From: Octopus sinensis
Taxonomy: Eukaryota
Reading direction: 5' to 3'
NCBI RefSeq assembly: GCF_006345805.1
Contig: NW_021824383.1
Location: 1 to 18,932, forward strand
Length of the DNA stretch: 18,932 bases
The position numbers were made by a program, and so were the translations under genes. Within the stretch, counting starts at the first letter, position 1; the number at the start of each line of letters is the position of its first letter. This document shows, piece by piece, positions 9,971 to 18,932 of the stretch. Below the pieces are notes generated by a model. The model was not told the origin of the DNA. It did no database searches and was given only the letters and a program-made list of their open reading frames with translations.

Positions 9971-10059
9971 CATATCTATCTACAACAATTTCTTGACTTT
10001 TCAGGCCTCGTAACCAAGTCGTTACAATAGATCATAAGCCACGAAAAAGCATTGATGTA

Positions 10060-10270
10060 GATACTGGTGTCACGTAAAATAGCACTGCTGCTGGTGCCAC
10101 GTAGAAATCACTGATGATGGTGCCGCGTAAAAAGTACTTAATACACGCTGTGGAGTGGTGGCCGTTAGGAAGGGTATCCAGCCAAAGAAACCAAACCAAA
10201 ACAGACTATGAAGCTATCCAACCCATGCCAGCATGGAAAACGGAGTTAACTGCTGCTGCTGATGATGATG
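10060..10270 (+). mobile_element. 3' part of SINE-like repeat (family F) with internal TGGTG(C/T)C(A/G)CGTA subrepeats and (TGC/TGA)n tail
   Basis: Three subrepeats at about 10066-10138; end ...CCAACCCATGCCAGCATGGAAAACGG followed by (TGC)n(TGA)n. Confidence 0.6.
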
Positions 10271-10654
10271 CATGTGTGTTTGTGTGCGCAGGTTTATTAT
10301 GCATATATATTATATGCATGTATATGTATGCGTACATAGATACATGCTGATATGCTAGGCAACAAGACAAACTACACAGGTTGATATTAAAATAAACATA
10401 TTTATTTGTAATATTTGCACAATACTCCTACATGGGCGTTTTATTCTACTATCTAATTCAAAGAATAGAATCGAAATTATAGCTCAGCACTTAAATAATC
10501 TTCTAATAATGGTGGTCGTAATTCTCTTTAACATTCTTTGGTCCATATAATTATTTCAGAAATAACATTTCTTTAATGATATTGATGATGACATATTCGA
10601 AGCAGAATGAATTTTAAGTGAATTTGGAATGTTTGAGGATATTTTCTCACGACA

Positions 10655-10730
10655 ACCAGCTCCCCTTGGGCGAATGGCCTGCTATAAATAGCAGCTAAAT
10701 CTCCCTCAAATTACGCTCTACTGTCTGTAA
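10655..10730 (-). mobile_element. Degenerate interspersed-repeat fragment (family E), opposite orientation to 5040-5125
   Basis: Reverse complement reads GTAATTTGAGGGAGATTTAGCTGCTATTTATAGCAGG. Confidence 0.45.
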
Positions 10731-10884
10731 AAGTAAGATAAACTTTACATAATATTCTAAATATGCAATACTCTAGAAAATGGTGGGTTGATGTTGATAG
10801 TGGTGATCAGGGTTACATTACTTCATTAGATTTATCGGCTAAACAGTAAGAACAATAACAACAACAGTAAGTGTTAAAAGTTGC

Positions 10885-11000
10885 TCTAGCATAAGATAAC
10901 GCCTCGCAGTATTTATTCCGAGTTTTGCGTTCTGAGTTCAAATCCCGCCGAGGTCAACTTTGTTTTCCGTCTTCAAAGATCGATGAAAATGAACCAGCTT
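10885..11000 (+). mobile_element. Degenerate fragment of SINE family A
   Basis: GCGTTCTGAGTTCAAATCCCGCCGAGGTCAACTTTG matches the family-A B-box region. A second remnant, GGCTCTTTGAGTTCAAATTCC, lies at about 11061-11081. Confidence 0.7.
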
Positions 11001-11457
11001 TGGGCGTTGGATAGGTGGAACAGTAAAGACACTGGCCCCGTAGTTTTGCTATATTTGTCCGGCTCTTTGAGTTCAAATTCCAGCTTGTCCCACTTGATTT
11101 GAAGAATGTCTGGCGCCTTGAGTGCTTGTAACAGAGTACACTCTGCTGCAAGCATTCGGACCAGTTTGAAGATATCTCCTTTTTTTTTCCTCTCGTCAGT
11201 ATCAGAGTCTCTGTAAATGGTCAAGGAAAAGGGCTTTTCTTCCTGGCTTTAAAAGATAAAATAGAAAATAGATAAACACACGTATTGTATTTTAATAGCG
11301 GCTTGATACCAAATTAAAGAATCGCTTCTTGATGTATATTATAGGCGAGGAAGAAGAAGAAAGAATCGCCATCAATTAATTGAAGATAAGATAATTAAAT
11401 ACATACTAACACATATACACATACAGATGTGTGTCTATGTACATGACTGTATTTAAT

Positions 11458-11506
11458 GATAGATATATAGATAGATAGATAGATAGATTGATAGATAGAT
11501 AGATAG
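11458..11506. repeat. (ATAG)n microsatellite
   Basis: Direct reading. Confidence 0.9.
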
Positions 11507-12021
11507 AGGAGTATATAGTGAGATTGTATGTCTGTTTATAGTAATTTTCAAGTGTCGCGTTGAGCGAGCGAGCAAAACAGAGAGGGGAGAGAGAGAGAGA
11601 GAGGAGAGAGAGAGGAAGTGAGAGAGAATCCACAAACGAAAATCCACAAAAAATACAAAAATTAATGAAGCAAAAAGAAAACAACAATAATATTAGCAAC
11701 AACAAACAACAAGAAGAAATAAAAGAATCAAAACATCTAATAATATTGCATTCAAGTCTGTAATTCTTGAAGGAAAAACAAACTAGAAAAAAAAAGGCAC
11801 AACCAACCGATACACTTACCCAACTAACCAACCAAACATACGAAACAACCGACCTACCAACCAGCAAAAGACAAGTAAAAAACATACGCATTAAGCCAAC
11901 GACCAACCACCAAACCCCACATCTAACCAACCAGGCGACCAACCAGCCAACAAGACAAACAAACGATTAAGACGGTGTAAAGGAGTTCAATGTCTAGACG
12001 TCTGATTGGAGATATAAACGC

Positions 12022-12200
12022 TGATAATGATGATGGTGATAATGATGATGATGATGGTGGTGGTGATGGTGATAATGTTGATGGCGATGGTGGTCGTTGT
12101 GGTTGCAGATGTTACGACAGTAATGGCGGTGTTATTATTCTGAGGTAGAGAAATATGGTGGCGGTGTTGTTGGTGATGGTGGTGATAGCAATGGCGCTTA
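12022..12200. repeat. Degenerate (GAT/GGT)n trinucleotide tract
   Basis: Direct reading. Confidence 0.8.
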
Positions 12201-12499
12201 TATGATACATGATAACGATGATACAGTTACTAAAACACGTCCCCACTTCTCTCTCTCTCCCTCTCTCTCTCTTTCTCTCACTCAGCTTTCTTAAGTCCCC
12301 TTTTCTCTCTCTCAGTCAACTTCACTCACTCTCCCTCCAACGGTCGTCTGCTCGGCCTCAATTGATTGGTTTTAATAGTTTCGACGAAACGAAATTGTTT
12401 TACAACATTTTAAGCGCCACTTTGTCTCTGACTCTCGGTTTGTTTTTTTGCTAAAACCTGTTAATTAATCTTTTAGGCATTACTGTTTCTACGGTCTTT

Positions 12500-12783
12500 T
12501 ATTATTATTATTATTATTATTTCTTCTTGTCTTCTTTCTCTTCGTCTTCTTTCTTCTTTTCTTCTCTCTTTTCTTCTTCTTCGTCTTCTTCTTCTCTCTT
12601 CTTCTTCTCTCTTCTTCTTCTTTCTTCTTCTCTCTTCTTCTTCCTTCCTCTTCTTCTTCTTCTCTTTTCGTCGTTCTTCTTCTTCTTCTTCTTCTTCTTC
12701 TTCTTCTTCTCTTCGTCTTTCTCTTCTTCTTCTCTTCTTCTTCTTCTCTTCTTCTTCTTTTCTTCTTATTATTATTATTATTA
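12500..12783. repeat. (CTT)n-rich polypyrimidine tract bracketed by (TTA)n runs
   Basis: About 240 nt of almost only C/T between two (TTA)n runs; accounts for ORFs 12473..12796, 12489..12833 and 12527..12784. Confidence 0.92.
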
Positions 12784-13948
12784 GTTTGTTTTGCAAAGAT
12801 GTCCTTCTCCCTCGTTCTCATCATAACTATCACTTTCTAATTCTCTCTGTCCGTCTCACTCCGCCCCCCCCATATATATGTATGTATATATATATATATA
12901 TATATATATGCATATATGCTCGTATATATACACACGTATATAAACATGTATATGTACATATTTGTATGCATGAGGCTTTTTGGTTATGTGTATATATATG
13001 TATGTATGTATGTATATATGTATATATATGTATTTATGCATGTGTGTTGTTATTTATATATATGTTGTGTATATATATGAATAAAGATATATTGTATAGA
13101 TATATATATATATATCTAATTAATATATAATATATATATATATATATAGATATATGCATATATGTGCACACGCACAAACTCTCATAATAAACATTTGCAT
13201 ATCCAACTCACCACACACACACGCACACCCAACACACATACATAGACACAAACATAGACATATAAAGTAAACCAGTACTTCACTATTTTTGCTGTTTGTT
13301 ATTAGTATGTAAGAGTATGTGTGTGTGTATGTTTGTTTATATGTGTGTGTGTGTGAAGGCTTTTCATAAATTCCCTATCAGCCACTCTACATCACGCCGC
13401 CCCTTATATAACACCTTTCTTTATTATGTCTCCTCTCCCCTCAAACATCTTACTTTCTCTCTCTTCTTCTCTCTCTCCCTCTCTCTGACTCCCCACACTA
13501 CCTCTACATCTGTATTAAGATTGAGTTATGTTCGTCCATTTGATCCCTATAGTTACCATATTGCCGTGAAATCACTTCCCAGCAGTCATATTCTCTCCAC
13601 CCTCAGCCCCTCGTCTCACCCCCTAGTCTCTCCCTTCCCCCCGTCTCTACCTCCTCCTACACGACTGAAAAAAATCCCACACTTGTACGACATATTACAA
13701 CGTACGGCGAACACGTGTGAAAAATGTACCCATACTACTTGGCTTTTTTAATAATATATAATATATTATATATATATATATATATAAATGTATATATATG
13801 TATATATATTATATTGTATATATATATGCATATATATATGTATATATATATATATATATAAATGTATATATATATATACATACATAGATATTGCATATGT
13901 AAATATATGTGTATATGTATGAAATATATTGGTATGTATATACATAAT

Positions 13949-13981
<33 letters not shown>

Positions 13982-14205
13982 AGCGTACGCACGCTCACGT
14001 GTGTGTATGTGTGTATGTGTGTGTGTGTGTGTGTGTGTGTAGAAACCTTTCCACCATTACCACTAAAAGCTAGTACTGCCGCCACCACTATCATCAAGCT
14101 TAAGCTCTCTCTTTCTCTCTTCTTCTCTCTCATTGCGTTTCATTTTTTCTAAAAGAGAAAAAATGAAACCAAGGAAGAGGGTAGAATGTAGAAGAGACTA
14201 CATGG

Positions 14206-14244
<39 letters not shown>

Positions 14245-14353
14245 TAAAGAGAGGGGAGAAGAGGGGCAAGGGAGAAGTAAATAGATTAAAATTCATTAAT
14301 ATCAACAGTTTAAGCTCTAAAATACTATTAACACATTCCAATACAACAGTAAC

Positions 14354-14355
<2 letters not shown>

Positions 14356-14411
<56 letters not shown>

Positions 14412-14412
14412 T
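14356..14412. repeat. (AAT)n microsatellite
   Basis: Direct reading. Confidence 0.95.
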
Positions 14413-14536
14413 AAAGAAAATGTCTTTCATAGTTTTGGTGCAATTTCTTTGCTATTAATTAATGAACAGAAATGAACAAGCATTAGGTTCACTCTGTTGA
14501 ATACACTACGTCAGAAATAGGATAATATATCTACAT

Positions 14537-14548
14537 CACACACACACG

Positions 14549-14591
<43 letters not shown>

Positions 14592-14618
14592 CACACACAC
14601 ACACACAAACACACACAG
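14537..14618. repeat. (CA)n microsatellite
   Basis: Direct reading. Confidence 0.95.
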
Positions 14619-15196
14619 AGTTACCGATATATATATATATATATATACGCTTTTTTGTTTTCGAGTTAGTTTCTTTGTTCATGTAACTCAGCTGCTCTTT
14701 AATTGTTTCCGTCACTAATTTTACTGGCATGGGCATTATTTTAAACTTATAGGGTTCCACCTCAAAGTATATTATATCTAGGGTTACTTGCGATACAGTG
14801 TGTACTCTATAAAATGCTGTTTTTTGTAGCATGCGAACTCCCAGTATTGATTGGAGCCTCAAGTGAATATCATGTGACCCTGCTCTATACAGCACTGCGA
14901 AGAAAACTAAAGTCACATTATACCGTCATAAAAGAAAGGTACATTGCATAAGGTACATGAGTAAATACATTATGACTGAATATATAATACTAGATGGCCA
15001 AGGAGGCTTAGAAATTTTGACCATCGGTCTACTTAACAAGTGTTATCTGGGACCAAAAAAGAAAATGAAAATCCTATGAATGTATGCATGCATATAAATA
15101 TATTTGTATGTATATATAATATAAATATATTTGTATGTCTATATATATATATATTATATATATATATATATATTATATATATGAATTGCATGTATG

Positions 15197-15228
<32 letters not shown>

Positions 15229-15491
15229 TATATACATCACACACGCACATTCTACCCGTTGTAGAATTGATATGCAAGCAACACACACACCACATACACA
15301 ACCTACACATACACATACACACAGACACCTACAAGCACACAAGCATGCAACACGCGCGCGCGTGCACATACACACACATATATATATATATATATCTATA
15401 TAGAAAGAGAGAGAGGGAAAGAGAGAGAAAGAAAGAGGGAGAAAGAGCGAGAAGGGGAGATGGACAGATGGGTGGATGAATAGATGAAGTT

Positions 15492-15540
<49 letters not shown>

Positions 15541-15551
15541 CAGATACACAC

Positions 15552-15591
<40 letters not shown>
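15492..15591. repeat. (ATAG)n microsatellite
   Basis: Direct reading. Confidence 0.95.
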
Positions 15592-15699
15592 TGAATGTAA
15601 GCGCGACATGTACCTAAAATTCGGGCTCAGATCTGTGTTTTGAAACCAACAGGGACTAGTTCTAATGAGATTTTGAATGATTTGACGGCCCATTTTGCA

Positions 15700-16870
15700 A
15701 ATGTCGGAACAGGAATCTACGTCATCATGGGACAAAATAAAATGCTTCCGGTTAACGCACAATCTTCATTGTTCTCCATTGTAGAACTTTATTCATATTC
15801 TCAAAGATGTCAGCACTAACCGCCTCCAGATATTCTTTCCACAATTCAGGTTTTATCCAGATTGATTTTAATTTATCGATGAAGACACGTTGTTTTTAAA
15901 TGCCTTGCGGACTGCACTGAGTCGTAAGAGAATATAATTCAGATAGACTAGCTTTATCTTACATTTATTGTCAGAAATTTACATTGCAAACTTGATTGCT
16001 TTATCGCTCCAATTTTTTTTAATGAATTTTTCCACTTCGACGCTGCAACTCATGCAACTGCATCAACTCTCGATTTCTGAAGCTGAAAAGGGTTTCATCC
16101 TCAGTAATGAAACACTTTTTCGGTATAAATACAGTATTCTTGTGTTCATAGGATTAGATTTAACAAAATCCACCAAGCCCACAACATTATCGAGAACAGA
16201 TTTGAGCATTTTCGTACATAATGCATACCTAGGAATCATGTGGTGTATATTTTTTTAATATCAGAGTTGACATTTGACTCTCTAAGAAACCAGATCTACG
16301 ATCTAGCATCGTAGCAGCGCCATCAGTTCTGCAACCGTCATTTATTTTTAAATAAAGAGCTTCTTTTACAAAGAAACACGATACAACTTCATATATGTCG
16401 TCTTTTGTTGTGCTCCACAAGGGTTGACAAAACAAGAATTCTTCCTTAAAATCTGAATCCTTTATATATATTGCGTTTACAAGCAGCAGGGCGTCACACC
16501 GTATGTCTGTGAACTCGTCAAGTTGGATAGTAAAGATATCTAGCGTAGCCGTTTTGATTTTCAATATTACCTTATTTTATTTTTTATATATATAATCTGA
16601 TATGTCAAATATCCTTCGACGAACAGTATCATTTGACAGTGGCAGACTGTTCAGTTTCTTTGCTCTCTCTTCCCCAACATACAAACAACAAACAATATCT
16701 TTGCAGCAGAGCAAGATCAAATTTTCAGCAATTGTGTGAGGTTTGTTTATTTAGTTTTTGTTCCCCTAGGCAACCATAAAGGTAATATATAGGCTTGCTT
16801 TATTTCATCGCTACACTTGCCCCTCTCTGGTCAAGTTGCATGCGTTTCATATTCAACACTTTCTGCTTGC
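15700..16870 (-). pseudogene. Decayed hAT transposase, Buster/Charlie (ZBED5/FAM200-like) subfamily
   Basis: Minus-strand motifs in the expected order: KPHTIAENLIL; GEERAKKLNSLPLSNDTVRRRI; FTIQLDEFTD (first catalytic D); FKEEFLFCQPL..TTK; TDGAATML..RSGF (second D); SVLDNVVGLVDFVKSNPMNTR; KLVYL; PQG..DKLK..PELWK. Many stops and frameshifts. No catalytic E, dimerisation domain or TIRs seen. Confidence 0.92.
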
Positions 16871-17011
16871 AGAAATTTTGTCATCGAATGGTTTGCCTGG
16901 TGAAATAAACACCAGAGATACTTTGTACCCGACTGAAACTGTAGTTGCAAAAATGCTACAAGCTTTTCTAATGAAGGCAATTAAAACTATTGTATTATTT
17001 GTAACGCTTAA

Positions 17012-17242
17012 GATGGTGAGCTGGCAGAATCATTAGCACACTGGACGAAATGCTTAGCGGTATTTCGTCTGCCGTTACGTTCTGAGTTCAAATTCCGCTG
17101 AGGTCGACTTTGCTTTTCATCCTTTCGGGGTCGATAACTTAAGTACCAGTTACGCACTGGGGTTGATGTAATCGACTTAATCCCTTTGTCTGTCTTTGTT
17201 TGTCCCCTCTATGTTTAGCCCCTTGTGGGCAATAAAGAAATA
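17012..17242 (+). mobile_element. SINE family A copy 3 (tail type 2, Tx1-like)
   Basis: Head and body colinear with copies 1 and 2 up to GATGTAATCGACTT, then a different tail TTTGTTTGTCCCCTCTATGTTTAGCCCCTTGTGGGCAATAAAGAAA. Confidence 0.93.
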
Positions 17243-17452
17243 AGAATCATTAGCGCAACGGACAAAAAGCTTAGCGGCATTTCTTTCGGCTCTTTGTGTT
17301 CTGAGTTCAAATTCTTCCCAGGTCGACATTGCTTTTAATCCTTTCGAGATCGATAAAAAAATATACCAGTCAAGTACTGGGGTCGATATAATCGTCTAAT
17401 CCTTTCTTCCCCCAAAATTATTGGCCTTGTATCAAAATTACAAAGAATTATT
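17243..17452 (+). mobile_element. SINE family A copy 4 (slightly 5'-truncated, tail type 1), tandem to copy 3
   Basis: Starts at AGAATCATTAGC; B box GAGTTCAAATTC; tail TGGCCTTGTATCAAAATT. Confidence 0.88.
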
Positions 17453-18139
17453 TAGAACCCTACTGGATCATCAGCAGGAATCTCAAGGTCACAAGAGTTT
17501 CACTCCTTAACCTGTATACCTCACCCAAGGGGATTGAATTAATCTTCGCTTACAGTTCCAACTGCAGCTTCTTGTCAACGATTGCCAGTTTGAGTTACAC
17601 TCAGTTACCATGGTTATCTCCTTAATTCTTTTGGGTTCCAAACCAATCTTCTAGAAATAACATATTGATCTTGCTGCCCATGATACCAAATACAGCGAGG
17701 ATACAATAGGCAGCAATATTTTTCTTCCTATATTTATTCCATTGAAACCAAATTTCATTTACGATTCACGGTATGAAACTTCTATTTTTTTTTAACTACT
17801 GGACGCCATAATTAAAAGGGTGGAAATAGCAAATATATCAGTAATTAATTGGCTAAATAAACAACGATAATACTCTCTAATCTGATCTGGGTGTGTTAAC
17901 GAGACGTTGCTGTAATAAACTTATAAAAAGTATTGCCTTTCGTCAATTCATCTTATATCAATGAAATTATACTTGGGCAGCGGTTCGAAAATATAAGAAA
18001 CAATTGCCGGCTTTTTGGCGTTAAAAAACAGTCAACAAGGGAATCAAATAGCTATAACTATATATATTAATGGTGCTTGACTGAAACTTGGTTTTCCGAG
18101 AATAGAATTTCGAACATAAAAACTGTGCCGAAGCCTGTT

Positions 18140-18253
18140 GTATGTGTGTATTTGTGTGTGTGTGAATTTGTATGTGTGTGAATTTGTGTGTGTGTGTGTA
18201 TGTGTGCATTGTGTGTGTGTGTGTGTGTGCATTTGTGTGTGTGTGTGTGTGTG

Positions 18254-18304
<51 letters not shown>
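18140..18304. repeat. (GT)n microsatellite, partly interrupted
   Basis: Direct reading. Confidence 0.93.
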
Positions 18305-18306
<2 letters not shown>

Positions 18307-18499
18307 CGAACATAGAGATGAAAGATAGAGAAGCAATTATAGTTGGCAGGAATTTATTTGTATGAGATGTAACAGCATGTGTTGCGTCTTCTCATCCATT
18401 ATATACATACATATGCATATTATGTGTTTGTGTGTGTGTTTGTGCATGCACGTGTGTGTGTGTCTGTATTTGTGTGTGTGAGTGTGCCCGATCTTGTGT

Positions 18500-18632
18500 T
18501 TCCACCGGTATTACAAAAAAACTGTAACATAACGGCTCAATATAAATAATTGATAAAATAAGTGCTAGACTTAAATAAGCAGTAAAACACTAGAAAGTGG
18601 TGCATGACGGTATTGCAATGAATGAAGCGGCA
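18500..18632 (+). mobile_element. Highly diverged fragment resembling the SINE family B body
   Basis: TGATAAAATAAGTGCTAGACTT resembles CGATAGAATAAGTACTAGGCTT; AAAGTGGTGC and AATGAATGAAGC resemble the B tail. Confidence 0.35.
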
Positions 18633-18644
18633 AGTATAAAAATG

Positions 18645-18835
18645 ACCGTGAGATTGCACCTAGAAAGTTACGCTCCGAGGCACAAGTCCGGGCAAGGTTG
18701 TTTATGGAAGACCAGCAGTCACCCATGCATACCAGCCTCGCCTCTCCACGTCACCGATGTCATCCAAGGGAAAGGCAAAGGCTGGCACCACAACTGAGTG
18801 AACTGGAGCAACGTGGACTAAAGAATCTTGCACAC
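18645..18835 (-). mobile_element. SINE fragment sharing the family-D central block but with a different 3' half
   Basis: The reverse complement of 18794-18831 matches 3941-3978 at 33/38; the downstream sequence is unrelated to copy D1. Confidence 0.75.
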
Positions 18836-18932
18836 ACACATACACAAACTGACACACACAAACACACACACATACAGACACACACACACATACTATGAGG
18901 AGTTTAGTTCACTGATGATCTAAACGAATAGG

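Noticed and set aside
10973-11244. Minus ORF (..GDIFKLVRMLAAECTLLQALKAPDILQIKWDKLEFE..) with acceptor-like sites
   Set aside because: It reads through antisense SINE-A remnants, two frames are open, and there is no strong donor or known motif.
14536-14916. Minus ORF with about 90 non-repetitive codons and a good acceptor (TTTTCTTCGCAG)
   Set aside because: No recognisable domain, only weak donors, and it runs into (TA)n/(TG)n. It cannot be distinguished from chance without RNA-seq.
17554-17650. 97-nt minus-strand AG...GTAAGC exon candidate, phase-compatible with the 14.9-kb candidate
   Set aside because: The joined peptide is unrecognisable, and such splice-site pairs are expected by chance in 19 kb.
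17978-17986. CAGCGGTTC identical to the start of the hAT MITE TIR, upstream of the transposase remnant
   Set aside because: Only 9 nt, and it points away from the remnant, so it cannot be that element's 5' TIR.
14-18898. Most ORF-track entries (YIYI, YLSI, HTHT, VCVC, poly-I/N, poly-E/R/K peptides)
   Set aside because: They are translations of microsatellites that lack stop codons in some frames; there is no sign of real coding.

Overview
AT-rich, microsatellite-saturated metazoan non-coding DNA (intergenic or intronic). From memory, the repeat families and microsatellite load resemble an octopus/coleoid cephalopod genome; this is an inference, not a database result. I could not support any intact host protein-coding gene, and most ORF-track entries are translations of (TA)n, (CA)n, (TATC)n, (AAT)n or (CTT)n tracts. 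The window holds about 12 tRNA-derived SINE copies or fragments from several families, which I label A-F. It also holds 3' fragments of an RTE/BovB-type LINE (3438-3720, -) and a Tx1/L1-clade LINE (8790-9970, +), the 3' end of a Tc1/mariner element (795-1089, -), a hAT MITE (7586-7881) and a decayed hAT Buster/Charlie transposase (about 15700-16870, -). Best observations: (1) one SINE copy ends in a 40-nt tail matching the 3' end of the Tx1 LINE in this window (31/40, both with a short stem-loop), while its sibling copies carry a different tail; (2) a 240-bp foldback element has a perfect 30-bp inner palindrome; (3) the Tx1 copy is flanked by (TATC)n on both sides; (4) a stretch of about 4.5 kb has no recognisable TE.
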